From Candidatus Micrarchaeota archaeon (GTDB lineage: Archaea; Micrarchaeota; Micrarchaeia; Anstonellales; Anstonellaceae), in NCBI GenBank assembly GCA_964581105.1, contig CAZOMB010000002.1, positions 4,015 through 68,014 on the forward strand: a stretch of 64,000 nucleotides of DNA, written 5' to 3'. The notes beneath the pieces were generated by a model. The model saw nothing but the letters and a program-made list of their open reading frames with translations. It did no database searches and had not been told where the DNA came from. Shown here piece by piece: positions 1 to 8,715 of the stretch. Both the position numbers and the translations under genes were made by a program. Numbering within the stretch: position 1 is the stretch's first letter; every line of letters begins with the position of its first letter.

Positions 1-1
1 T

Positions 2-481
2 GTAAAGGAGGTTGAGCCTGATTATCATTATGTTGACAAAAAGACTGGCAATGAAAAAAGCCTTTCCTCTTTTTTGCTTTGCGAGGGAAAAAGCTGCAGA
101 AGAGTTGTTATTTGGGAATTTCCTGAAGGAACCAAAAAGCCTGATGTTGGGGATGTTGTGCTTCTTGAGAAGGTTGAGTTCAAGAACAGTGAAATACAAT
201 TTAACAGGGGATCAAGAATGGTGAAAAAGACCAAGGCTGGCCAGGAAAAAGGCCTGTTGAAAATGATAAGTATTGGGGATGGTGGGGCTGCTTTTCATAT
301 AGGGGAGAAGAAATACACTGCAAGTCTTTTGGAGGCCCTTGAGCTCATGGGGATAAGAAAAGTTCCACAAGGAATCAGTGAAAAAACACTAATACTCATA
401 AAAGCGCAGGAAATTGCAGGCAAGAGCGTAAAATACAAAGCTGACGGGCAAAGGCTGGCCTGGCTGGCAGTGGAAAAATAA
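2..481 (+). CDS. OB-fold protein, RPA/SSB-like, C-terminal part (5' truncated by window)
   Basis: Frame open from base 2 (VKEVEPDYHYVDKKTGNEKSLSSFLLCEGKSCRRVVIWE...GDVVLLEKVEFKNSEIQFNRGSR), matching the OB-fold pattern of archaeal RPA repeats. Confidence 0.55.
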   Translation, partial: VKEVEPDYHYVDKKTGNEKSLSSFLLCEGKSCRRVVIWEFPEGTKKPDVGDVVLLEKVEFKNSEIQFNRGSRMVKKTKAGQEKGLLKMISIGDGGAAFHIGEKKYTASLLEALELMGIRKVPQGISEKTLILIKAQEIAGKSVKYKADGQRLAWLAVEK

Positions 482-493
482 AAAAAGAGGAAA

Positions 494-952
494 TTACCTG
501 TATTTTCCTACTACTGTTTTTGATCCATACTGGGTTGCTGTAAGCCCGTTTGGACTTGTGTAGGTGATGTTCATCTGAACATCATAAAGGCTCCCTGCTG
601 TCCCGGTTGTGGCATTTGTGAGAGTTAGATTCTTTATTTCCCCTGATGCAAATGTTGTTGAGGTTGTGTAAGCAGTTGCATTGTCAAATGTCAGGTTTGT
701 CAATGTAAGAGAGCCTGTTGCGTCAACGTTTTGAAGGACCACTGTTGCTACGCCTGCAGTTGTGACCGAGTGCTCAAGAAGTGCAAATGGAGATGCGCTT
801 CTCCAGTAAGATGAAGACTGTGTTATTTTTGCGTCAGATGCAAGGCCTGGGAAAAAGCCAAGCAAGGCAATTGACACCAGTGCAATAATCAGAACCACTG
901 CAAGAAGGACCAGGTACTCGGTTGCACCTTGGCCTTTGTTGTGAAAAACCAT
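494..952 (-). CDS. Archaeal type IV pilin-like protein, class III signal peptide
   Basis: MVFHNKGQGATEYLVLLAVVLIIAL (basic-G-Q..E-hydrophobic); AGGAGG RBS before ATG 952; Thr/Ser-rich beta body. Confidence 0.85.
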   Translation of the reverse strand: MVFHNKGQGATEYLVLLAVVLIIALVSIALLGFFPGLASDAKITQSSSYWRSASPFALLEHSVTTAGVATVVLQNVDATGSLTLTNLTFDNATAYTTSTTFASGEIKNLTLTNATTGTAGSLYDVQMNITYTSPNGLTATQYGSKTVVGKYR

Positions 953-1077
953 CAAAATCCCTCCTATGCATTTGCCAATACTTACCTTTAATGCTTCTAA
1001 TTCGAGCAGACAGTATAAAAGCGTTTCTGAAGCTGTCCTAGAGGAATTGTTAAAAGAGGCAGCTTCCAAATCAGGCT

Positions 1078-2370
1078 ATGTATCGGTCAAATGCTTTGCT
1101 TGCAGGGGTTGGCTTGCTTTTGCTTTTGGGCTTGCCTGCAGCAAAATTCACTGCAAACCTGACAGTCCAGGTGTTTGACCAGGACTTAAGGCCAGTTGAA
1201 GGGGCCCAAGTATATGTTGAGTACCAGCTAAATGCAGTAGATGGAGACATTAAGACCAAGCCAAAGCTGACCAATGAAAGCGGCCTTGTCTTTATACAAT
1301 TCACAAATTATGAGGAAATAGAAAACTCGACTGACTATACCTATGTCTTGTATACAAAGTATGGGGACCAGCTTAAAACTGCTGACTTGGCTGCAAATGC
1401 CACCTACATTAGAAAGTACAGCATGCATGTTGAGGCATACTATCTTTTTGTCGGCGCTTTTGACCAGAATGGAAAGCCTATTGTCGCAAATGTGACTGTA
1501 GGGGAAGAAACAAAGGAAACTGACACTACTGGAAGAGTGGGCTTTCAGGTCCCTCAAGGAAGCTATACAATAAAAGTTGAGCAAAAGGACTTTGTCAGGA
1601 ACCAGGACATTAATATTTCCCAGGATGAGTCTGTTGACATAACTGTTGGCTTGTATGAGCTTGAAGTCAGGGTAACTGATGACAATAAAAACCCGCTTTT
1701 GGCCTCTGTGGAGGTATCTAGCCAGCACAAGGAAACTGACTCAACCGGCACTGCTGTATTTGGCAATATTTCAAATGAGGCGCCGCAAGTGGTAGCAAGA
1801 TATGGGCAGGGATTCAAAAAAGCAACACCAAGCCTGAAAACACAGACTTCTGTTGACATTGTCTTTGATTTGAATAAGCCAGTCATAAAAGAGCTTTATG
1901 TTGACCTGTCAGACTCAGGGGCAGGGACTTTGGGCCTTTTTGCAGATGATTTGGGCATAGCTGCAAGCGGCATTGAAACTGTTGCAGTAAGTTATGAAGT
2001 TGATGGCATTGAAACCAGTGTTCCTGCGTATTCAATTGCATATAATACATTTGAGGCAAAGCTGCCTGCCCAGGCTCCTGGCACCCTTGTAAAGTATTCT
2101 GCCACTGTGACAGACAAGGAGGGCAACAGCGCATATGGGGCAGGAAGCTATGCTATTCCTGGCGATGAGCCACCTGAGCCAGAACCAGAGCCTGATGGAG
2201 AGGGCTTTGACCTTGGCATACCTGTTGAAACCATTGTAATTGCAATCGTAGTATTTGCAATTGTTGCGTATGGGGTTTTGTTTTACCTGAACAAGAGGAA
2301 AAGAGACTCTCTTCCGCCTGTTCCGCCTGCCCAGCCACCTTCCCAGCCTCCAACAATCCCGCAGGCATAA
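1078..2370 (+). CDS. Membrane-anchored surface protein with carboxypeptidase-regulatory-like/PEGA-type beta repeats
   Basis: N-terminal signal; repeated V.D.N.KP+.A.V..G...KETD.TG units; EPPEPEPEP linker; C-terminal TM; Pro-rich tail. Confidence 0.7.
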   Translation: MYRSNALLAGVGLLLLLGLPAAKFTANLTVQVFDQDLRPVEGAQVYVEYQLNAVDGDIKTKPKLTNESGLVFIQFTNYEEIENSTDYTYVLYTKYGDQLKTADLAANATYIRKYSMHVEAYYLFVGAFDQNGKPIVANVTVGEETKETDTTGRVGFQVPQGSYTIKVEQKDFVRNQDINISQDESVDITVGLYELEVRVTDDNKNPLLASVEVSSQHKETDSTGTAVFGNISNEAPQVVARYGQGFKKATPSLKTQTSVDIVFDLNKPVIKELYVDLSDSGAGTLGLFADDLGIAASGIETVAVSYEVDGIETSVPAYSIAYNTFEAKLPAQAPGTLVKYSATVTDKEGNSAYGAGSYAIPGDEPPEPEPEPDGEGFDLGIPVETIVIAIVVFAIVAYGVLFYLNKRKRDSLPPVPPAQPPSQPPTIPQA

Positions 2371-2392
2371 GGAAAAGACAGAATACCCTCAT

Positions 2393-2580
2393 CCTAATAA
2401 TCTCTTCTGTTTCTAATTTTACTGCAGGGATGGCGGTCTGATTGCCTGCGGCAATACCCGCCACCCTAATAATCTCTTCTGTTTCTAATTTTACTGCAGG
2501 GATGGCGGTCTGATTGCCTGCGGCAATACCCGCCACCCTAATAATCTCTTCTGTTTCTAATTTTACTGCAGGGATGGCGG
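2393..2580 (+). repeat. 72-bp tandem direct repeat (about 2.6 copies) containing tRNA-Leu leader and tRNA nt 1-13
   Basis: CCTAATAATCTCTTCTG... recurs at 2393, 2465 and 2537; GCAGGGATGGCGG recurs at 2424, 2496 and 2568, the last being the real tRNA 5' end. Confidence 0.95.
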
Positions 2581-2703
2581 AGCCAGGTTTAACGCGCCAG
2601 AGGGTTTTGGCAATGACCAGGATCCGGTGAAACTCAAGATCCGAAATTAGGATGCGTTATCTGGTGACTTAGGTCATCGGGAGTTCGAATCTCCCTCCCT
2701 GCA
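2568..2703 (+). tRNA. tRNA-Leu(CAA) with introns at 30/31 (2601-2631) and 37/38 (2639-2658)
   Basis: Acceptor GCAGGGA/TCCCTGC plus A; anticodon arm CCAGA CTCAAGA TCTGG after removing both introns; long variable arm; T-arm GGGAG TTCGAAT CTCCC; both introns fold as bulge-helix-bulge. Confidence 0.9.
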
Positions 2704-2724
2704 TTCAAACTTCAGAGGGAGAGT

Positions 2725-3291
2725 CTATTTTTTCGCAAGCTTTAGAAAATTAGCATAAATTTCGCTCCCATGCTCTGTGTGCTCTACTTCTGGGTGGAAC
2801 AGGCAGCCGTAAATTGGCTTTGTGAGGGACTTGAACGCATGGTTTGAGCAGTCCTTTGAGTGCGCAAGCACTTGAAAATCAGGCGTTTTTATTACCTCGT
2901 CGTTGTGGGAAGCCCATGCTGTGAATTTTTCTGGCAAGCCTTCGAACAAATCGTTTTTTTCATCAACAATTATTTTTACTTTTCCGTATTCTGGGACTTT
3001 GCAGGGTTTTGCAGTTCCTCCAAAATGGATGCCAATAAACTGTTGCCCTGCGCAGATTCCCATTATTGGCCCGGAAAACTTGTCTAGGAAGGTTTTTGCA
3101 TTTCCTGCTTGCTTTGACTCGCCAAGCCCAAGCCTTAGTGCACCTCCTGAGAGAATGAGTGCATCATACTCTAAAATTTGTTTGAGAGAAGAGGATGACG
3201 GCAGTATTTTTGATTCTACTTCAAGGTACTTTAAGGTCCTGTGTATTCTGTGTGTCCACTGGGAGCCTAAATCTGCTATTGCTACTTTCAT
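2725..3291 (-). CDS. guaAA: GMP synthase, glutamine amidotransferase subunit A
   Basis: DLGSQWTHRI, ILSGG, PIMGICAGQQ, FHPEVEH class I GATase motifs; adjacent to subunit B. Confidence 0.95.
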   Translation of the reverse strand: MKVAIADLGSQWTHRIHRTLKYLEVESKILPSSSSLKQILEYDALILSGGALRLGLGESKQAGNAKTFLDKFSGPIMGICAGQQFIGIHFGGTAKPCKVPEYGKVKIIVDEKNDLFEGLPEKFTAWASHNDEVIKTPDFQVLAHSKDCSNHAFKSLTKPIYGCLFHPEVEHTEHGSEIYANFLKLAKK

Positions 3292-3295
3292 TTGT

Positions 3296-4255
3296 TCACT
3301 CCCACTCTATTGTGCCTGGCGGCTTGGATGTGATGTCATATACTACTCTGTTTACATGGCCCTTTAGTTCGCGGGTAATCCTGTCTGAAATTTTTTCAAG
3401 AACAGGAGAAGGAATGCGGCATGCTTTTGCAGTCATGCCATCCAGGCTTTCAACTGCCCTTATTACAATTGTGAAACTGTATGCACGTGCGTCACCAAGC
3501 ACGCCAACCGACTTTACTGGCAAAAGCACTGCAAAATATTGCCAGGGAAGCCTCATTTTCCCCTCTTTGGAAGCATTTTCTATTTCTTGTTCTGCAATAA
3601 GGCATGCTTTTCTTACTATTTCTGTTTTTTCAGGAGTTATCTCGCCCATTATCCGAACAGCCAGGCCTGGGCCTGGGAATGGCTGGCGCTCTGATATCTC
3701 GCCTGGCAAGCCCAATTCCCTGGCAACTGCCCTTACCTCGTCCTTGTAAAGCTCGCGCAATGGCTCGCACAAGAGCATGTTCATTTTCTTTGGGAGGCCG
3801 CCGACATTGTGGTGTGATTTTATTGTGTCCCTGCCATTGCCTCCTGACTCTATCCAGTCAGGGGCGATTGTCCCTTGTATCAGGAATGCTGCTTTTCTCT
3901 TTTTTGCCTGTTTTTCAAATACTTGTATGAATTTTCTCCCGATTATCTTCCTTTTTTTCTCAGGTGAGCTTGCCCCTTTGAGTGCTGAGAAAAATTGCCT
4001 GCTTGCATCTATTATCTGGAGGGTTACGCCTGCCCTTGCAAGCATTGCTTTTGCCTGCTTTGCCTCATCCTGCCTTACAAGCCCTGTATCAACAAATATG
4101 CAGTGGATGTTTTTGCCAAGCGCTTTTGTTGCAAGGGCTGCTGCTGTTGATGAGTCAACCCCCCCTGAGACTCCTATTATTGCCTTTCTTTCCCCTACTT
4201 GCTTTTGCATTGAGCTTATAGCCTGAGAAATGAATTTGCTGGCATCAAATGGCAT
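3296..4255 (-). CDS. guaAB: GMP synthase subunit B
   Basis: SGGVDSS PP-loop, QGTIAPDWIES, IKSHHNVGGLP, PFPGPGLAVR, C-terminal KPPGTIEWE. Confidence 0.97.
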   Translation of the reverse strand: MPFDASKFISQAISSMQKQVGERKAIIGVSGGVDSSTAAALATKALGKNIHCIFVDTGLVRQDEAKQAKAMLARAGVTLQIIDASRQFFSALKGASSPEKKRKIIGRKFIQVFEKQAKKRKAAFLIQGTIAPDWIESGGNGRDTIKSHHNVGGLPKKMNMLLCEPLRELYKDEVRAVARELGLPGEISERQPFPGPGLAVRIMGEITPEKTEIVRKACLIAEQEIENASKEGKMRLPWQYFAVLLPVKSVGVLGDARAYSFTIVIRAVESLDGMTAKACRIPSPVLEKISDRITRELKGHVNRVVYDITSKPPGTIEWE

Positions 4256-4264
4256 TTGAAAACC

Positions 4265-5305
4265 TCACTTTTTTTTGTGCTTTTTCCTGTGACCTTTTTT
4301 GCCTGCAAAGTAATTTACCCCTACAACAAGCACAAAAAGCGCAACAAGGATTGCAGCTAACATTACAAATATTGTGATGATTGAATAGTCTGTTGCTTTC
4401 TCTTGTTCTGGCTGCTGAACAATTGCAACCGGCTCTTGTTTCTCCTCTTGCTCATCAACTTGTTCTGGCTCAGCTTGCTGTGCTGCCAAAACCTCTGTTG
4501 AGGAGGTCAGGTTGTCATAAATGAATTCATAAATTCCTGGCTCTGCTGCATTTATGTGTGCTTTGCCCTGTTCATCAGTCTGAAGCGTGGTTGTTCCTGA
4601 AGGCGCAGTTGCAGTTATTGTTTGTCCTGCAATTGGCTCAGTACCTTTTGCAAGAACAACCTCGATAAGAGAATACTGCTGTGCTTGGCTTGGGGATGAG
4701 ATTTCAGGCACAGATTCTGGCTCTTGCTGCTCTTGCTCAAGCTTTACATTTACCTCTTTAAAGCCAGCCTGCTGCAAAAATACTGGTTTTGCCCCTTTTT
4801 CAAAGCCAGGAGACTCAAACTCCAACTCATAGCTTCCTTCAGGGAGGAATGACAGTATGTAATAGCCATGCTTGTCTGGCCCAATTTTCTTTTCAATCAA
4901 GCCGTCTTTGTATGCGGTTATTGTTGTGTTCCCAAAATCAGCTGGTCCTGTTATCTGCCCATATGCACTTGCGTATGAAACCAGTTGGCGCATTGTGAGG
5001 GTTATGTTTGTCTTTCCAGCCACTTCAACAAGCGAAACATGCAAAGGGTAAGGATAGCGCTCAAGAAGCGCAAAATAGCTGCCGTTTGTAAGGTTAAAGC
5101 TTGCAACCCCATCCAAATCAGCCTCTGTAGACACCAGGGTTACGCCTTCTGAAACAATGGACACGTCTGTGCCAACTGCCAGCGTTCCTTCTGTCACTGT
5201 AACCTTGATATAAAGCTGCTCTGCTGCTGCGCATGAAAGCAACAGCGCAAAAAGTGCGAATGTTTTTACTGCAATGCTCACAAGACCACCAACAAGTCTA
5301 TTCAT
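4265..5305 (-). CDS. Membrane-anchored surface protein with carboxypeptidase-regulatory-like domains
   Basis: Signal peptide; GYYILSFLPEGSYELEFESPGF and TDEQGKA motifs; Glu/Gln linker; C-terminal TM with basic tail. Confidence 0.65.
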   Translation of the reverse strand: MNRLVGGLVSIAVKTFALFALLLSCAAAEQLYIKVTVTEGTLAVGTDVSIVSEGVTLVSTEADLDGVASFNLTNGSYFALLERYPYPLHVSLVEVAGKTNITLTMRQLVSYASAYGQITGPADFGNTTITAYKDGLIEKKIGPDKHGYYILSFLPEGSYELEFESPGFEKGAKPVFLQQAGFKEVNVKLEQEQQEPESVPEISSPSQAQQYSLIEVVLAKGTEPIAGQTITATAPSGTTTLQTDEQGKAHINAAEPGIYEFIYDNLTSSTEVLAAQQAEPEQVDEQEEKQEPVAIVQQPEQEKATDYSIITIFVMLAAILVALFVLVVGVNYFAGKKGHRKKHKKK

Positions 5306-5326
5306 GGAAGCAATAAAAACATTGGT

Positions 5327-5692
5327 CTATGCTTGTTCCGGCCTCCAGCATGAGATAGTGGCATTTTCCAATGAACCACTTTGCCATATTGGGAATGTGA
5401 ACGCTGTTTTTTCTTCTTTAAAATGGCTGCAGGAAGAGTAACCTATTTGTGCTGTTTTTACTTCTATGCATAAATCTGAGAGTGGGTGGATTTTGTCAAT
5501 TTTTTCCCTAATGGTCTGCTCCTCAAAATCCTTTGACTTTGCTATTATTGCTGCTGCATCTGAGCACAGGAAAAAGTCTGCTTCCCCTGCAGTTGAATGG
5601 GAAAATAGGGCCAGGAGGGGGAGGGAAACCAAAAGCAGCATGAATGACAGTGCTGCTTCAAGGGAAAAAAGAAAGCCCCTTTTTTGACTCAT
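5327..5692 (-). CDS. Pilin-like protein, class III-type N-terminus
   Basis: MSQKRGFLFSLEAALSFMLLL; ATG 5692 overlaps the stop of the upstream gene. Confidence 0.65.
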   Translation of the reverse strand: MSQKRGFLFSLEAALSFMLLLVSLPLLALFSHSTAGEADFFLCSDAAAIIAKSKDFEEQTIREKIDKIHPLSDLCIEVKTAQIGYSSCSHFKEEKTAFTFPIWQSGSLENATISCWRPEQA

Positions 5693-6144
5693 GACATGCA
5701 GACCTCCAAAAGCACTGGCTCGCCTGACATGAGGGCAAGCCTTTTTGTGCAATATACTTGGTTTGCCTTTTGCCCTTTGCTTGAGAAAAAAATATCCTTT
5801 TCTTTGCTTTTGACTGAAACGCTTGCAAACTCCTTGCCTGCGATTGCAAGTGCATTCTGCAAATCGATTTGTTCAAGCTGGGTTTTGTCGATTTCCCATG
5901 CTTTTGTGTACTCAGCTGTCCCAATGCCCTTGTTGTTCTTTGCTGCCTGTGAAAGGATATATGAGGAAAAGCGCAGCGAAACAAGGGAAGAGGAGGTTTC
6001 TGTTGCTGAGGAATCTGCAAATGCGCTTGCAGCTGAAAGAAGCATTGAAAACGAGGCAAATGCAAGAACTGCAAGGACTAGGGCAAAGCCTGCGTCAATT
6101 GAGAAAAACGCATTATGCGCTTTTCTTTTGGCTGTTTTCAACAT
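5689..6144 (-). CDS. Pilin-like protein
   Basis: KRKAHNAFFSIDAGFALVLAVLAF; single N-terminal hydrophobic helix; member of an overlapping four-gene cluster. Confidence 0.6.
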   Translation of the reverse strand: MLKTAKRKAHNAFFSIDAGFALVLAVLAFASFSMLLSAASAFADSSATETSSSLVSLRFSSYILSQAAKNNKGIGTAEYTKAWEIDKTQLEQIDLQNALAIAGKEFASVSVKSKEKDIFFSSKGQKANQVYCTKRLALMSGEPVLLEVCMS

Positions 6145-6466
6145 GCAAAATCCCCTGCTGGCTCATTGAAACCTTGTGGAACAAAGGCTCTCTTATGCTT
6201 GGATTTTCCTTTGATGCAATTGCAGTGCCTTGCGATACAGGCACTGCAGAAATGTTAAGGCTTAGTTGGGAGCCTGAAAGAGCGCCTGCTGCAGTGTCAA
6301 TAGAAAGCACAGAATAGGAAAGCATTTTCCTTTGTCTTGAAATCTCAACTGACTCTGAAAATGCATGTATGACTGACTGTGATGCAAGCAAAAGGATTGC
6401 AAGGGCTGACAAGAGGGCTGCAAATGAAACCAGTGCTTCAAGCGAAGCCTGTGCCTTTTTTGTCAA
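6113..6466 (-). CDS. Class III signal peptide (pilin-like) protein
   Basis: TTG start after GAGGTG RBS; KKAQASLEALVSFAALL. Confidence 0.75.
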   Translation of the reverse strand: MTKKAQASLEALVSFAALLSALAILLLASQSVIHAFSESVEISRQRKMLSYSVLSIDTAAGALSGSQLSLNISAVPVSQGTAIASKENPSIREPLFHKVSMSQQGILHVENSQKKSA

Positions 6467-7005
6467 AATTCCACCTCATGGGCCTGCGGGAAGGCTGTTG
6501 AATAGCCAATGCCAAATGAATCTGAGTAAAGGGAAAAGCCAACTTCAGAAATGTGGATTTTCCTCTCAAGAACATTTACTTCAAATGAGCCTGTGCATAC
6601 TGGGTTTGAAAGCGCAAAGGCGCCTTGGGGGATTTGCGGGGATTTTGTTTGCGACATTCTCAGGGAAGCCTGCTGTAAAGTTGCTTCTGATGTGCTGCTG
6701 CACCAGAACAAAATGCTATAGCCATGTTCCTGCAACTTTCCTTCAAAATCAAGTGCCTGAAGATAGGCTGCTGTTGCTGCTGACTGGCTTGCCTTATCTT
6801 TTGGCGCTGTTTTAAGGGCAAGGGAAACTGTTTGAGACAACGAGGAGTAAAAAGCCTGCTTTATTGCAATTTGTCCAATATGCAATGACTGGAACTTTTG
6901 GTAAGAGTTGTCAGGAACAGCTTTTGAGAAATTTTCAGCTGACACAAGCAGGGCAAGAAGGAAAACTGTGCACAGTATGAAAGAAACAAAGCCCTTTTTC
7001 ATCAT
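6463..7005 (-). CDS. Pilin-like/exported protein
   Basis: MMKKGFVSFILCTVFLLALLV; 4-bp overlaps with both neighbours. Confidence 0.55.
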   Translation of the reverse strand: MMKKGFVSFILCTVFLLALLVSAENFSKAVPDNSYQKFQSLHIGQIAIKQAFYSSLSQTVSLALKTAPKDKASQSAATAAYLQALDFEGKLQEHGYSILFWCSSTSEATLQQASLRMSQTKSPQIPQGAFALSNPVCTGSFEVNVLERKIHISEVGFSLYSDSFGIGYSTAFPQAHEVEF

Positions 7006-8042
7006 GAGAGCTCTTGTGCCAGCTTTACAAGGTAGTTTTCTGTTTTTTCTATGTCAGCAACAGAGCATACTGCAACATTTGAGTGTATGTACCTGGTTGG
7101 CACGCATATTGCTATTGAGGGTATGCCCCCTCTTTCCCCATAAACTGATGCTGCATCAGTTGAGCCTCCCTCTATTACCTCAAGCTGGTAAGGTATTTTT
7201 GCCTTTTTTGCAACTGAAATGCACTTGTTTTTCAGCTCTGAGTCTGCAAAATTGCCTATTCCCCTTGCCTCAACTATGCTGATTGCAGGACCTTTGCCTA
7301 TTTTTATGAGCATTTCATCCTCAGTCATTTCCGGGTGGTCTCCTGCAATTGATGTGTCAACTGCTATGAATGCAGACGGCTCCAGATTGTATGCTGCAAG
7401 TTTTGCCCCCTTGCCAAAGGTTGAAACTTCCTCCTGCGCTGTGCCAACAAGCACTATGTTCTTGTTTTTGAGCCTTTTTGCTATTTGAATAAGAATATAG
7501 CAGCCCACCCGGTCATCAAGCGCTTTTCCCGTCACAAGCCTTTTGTTCAGGGTTTTTGTCTGAAGGTCAAATGCAATTGCATCGCCAATCCTTACGCCCA
7601 TTTTTTCTGCTTCTTTTTTGTCCTTTGCCCCAATGTCAATGAACAGGTGCTTGCTTTCAATTGCATTTTTCATTTCCTCTTTTTTTTGCATGTGTGGGGG
7701 CTTGTTGCCAATTACCCCGTAAATCCTGCCCTTTTCAGTCTGTATTACCACTCTTTGGTTGACAAGCACCCTGTCATCTATCCCGCCTATTTTCACAAAG
7801 CGCAAAAAGCCCTTGTCATTTATGTACTTTACAAGCATGCCAATCTCATCCATGTGAGCTCCGAGCATGAGGGGCTTTTTCCTTGCCTTTGGGGAGGCAG
7901 CAATTACATTGCCAAACCTGTCTGTTTTCACTTTAAAGCCGTGTTTTTTGAGTTCTGCCGCCATTATGCTGGCTATTTCTTGCTCATAGCCAGGAACCCC
8001 AAAAGACTCTGCAAGCTTTGAAAGAAGTCTCATGTCTGCCAT
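7002..8042 (-). CDS. M42 family (TET/FrvX-like) aminopeptidase
   Basis: GVPGYE, LGAHMDEIG, GKALDDRVG, AQEEV, GSTDA, RYIHS metal-binding motifs. Confidence 0.93.
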   Translation of the reverse strand: MADMRLLSKLAESFGVPGYEQEIASIMAAELKKHGFKVKTDRFGNVIAASPKARKKPLMLGAHMDEIGMLVKYINDKGFLRFVKIGGIDDRVLVNQRVVIQTEKGRIYGVIGNKPPHMQKKEEMKNAIESKHLFIDIGAKDKKEAEKMGVRIGDAIAFDLQTKTLNKRLVTGKALDDRVGCYILIQIAKRLKNKNIVLVGTAQEEVSTFGKGAKLAAYNLEPSAFIAVDTSIAGDHPEMTEDEMLIKIGKGPAISIVEARGIGNFADSELKNKCISVAKKAKIPYQLEVIEGGSTDAASVYGERGGIPSIAICVPTRYIHSNVAVCSVADIEKTENYLVKLAQELS

Positions 8043-8095
8043 ATTATCCCCCCTGAGAACAAAGGAAAAACTCGCTCAAAGGTTAAAAAGGAGTG

Positions 8096-8680
8096 CTAGG
8101 ATTTGTACTTTTCCTTCAAGACTTTCACTATTTCTACAATGGCCTTGTATATTGGTGATCTGATAACAGCCTGGCATACAAAGGGAACGACCAAGGATTT
8201 GTAGTTTTCCTTGAAGCTTTTCGCCATTTCTACAATGGTCTTGTATATTGGTAATCCGACGATAGTCCTGCATGCAAAAGGAACAGCTAAAGCATGTGAA
8301 ACAACTGTAATGAATGTTCCTGGCTGTGCAATTAGGGGGTATAAACACAAGCCAACTGTTAAAGCAAAAGAAGTTGCTGTCTTTATGCTGTTGTAAGAGG
8401 AACCAGTGCTCAAGAAAATTGCAGTCCTAAGTACTGCTTTTCGCAGGGTTTCTTTCATTTTTGATGAAAGGGTTTGCCCTTGTTCTTGTTTTGGCTCCTT
8501 TTTTTGCCTTGGCTCCTGTTTTTGAGGTTCCCGCCTCCAGGGAGCATTGTCCCGTAGTCTACGAAAAAACTCTATGGCTCTTTTGGTTTTGGAGGTGTGC
8601 CTAAATGGACCTGAGAAATCTTTCGTATGATCCTGGTCATGGCTAGTGTGGTGTGTGATTTTCTCTTTTAAGGCATTCAT
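8096..8680 (-). CDS. Orphan protein, probable membrane-associated, with C-terminal 32-aa duplication
   Basis: 194-aa ORF filling the gap; TATA-like TTTTATAC upstream; no recognisable family. Confidence 0.55.
   Translation of the reverse strand: MNALKEKITHHTSHDQDHTKDFSGPFRHTSKTKRAIEFFRRLRDNAPWRREPQKQEPRQKKEPKQEQGQTLSSKMKETLRKAVLRTAIFLSTGSSYNSIKTATSFALTVGLCLYPLIAQPGTFITVVSHALAVPFACRTIVGLPIYKTIVEMAKSFKENYKSLVVPFVCQAVIRSPIYKAIVEIVKVLKEKYKS
8099..8290. repeat. Imperfect 96-bp tandem duplication inside the orphan ORF
   Basis: GGATTTGTA.TTTTCCTT.AAG...ATTTCTACAATGG.CTTGTATATTGGT at 8099 and 8195. Confidence 0.85.
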
Positions 8681-8715
8681 GCTAGAGTTGTGCTAGAAAG
8701 AGTATAAAAATGTAT

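Noticed and set aside
2153-2536. Minus-strand 127-aa ORF with a 24-aa repeat
   Set aside because: It stays open because the 72-bp period is a multiple of 3, overlaps the + strand surface protein gene, and has no RBS
2424-2540. Split-tRNA 5' halves or a BHB intron at 13/14 in the repeat units
   Set aside because: TGGC/GCCA could form a central helix, but the flanking helices and 3-nt bulges do not fit a BHB, and no matching separate 3' piece is visible
2393-2580. CRISPR array
   Set aside because: Units are identical end to end with no variable spacers, and no cas genes are in the window
2568-2720. Integrated element at tRNA-Leu
   Set aside because: No integrase, no duplicated tRNA 3' end (att site), and flanking genes are housekeeping
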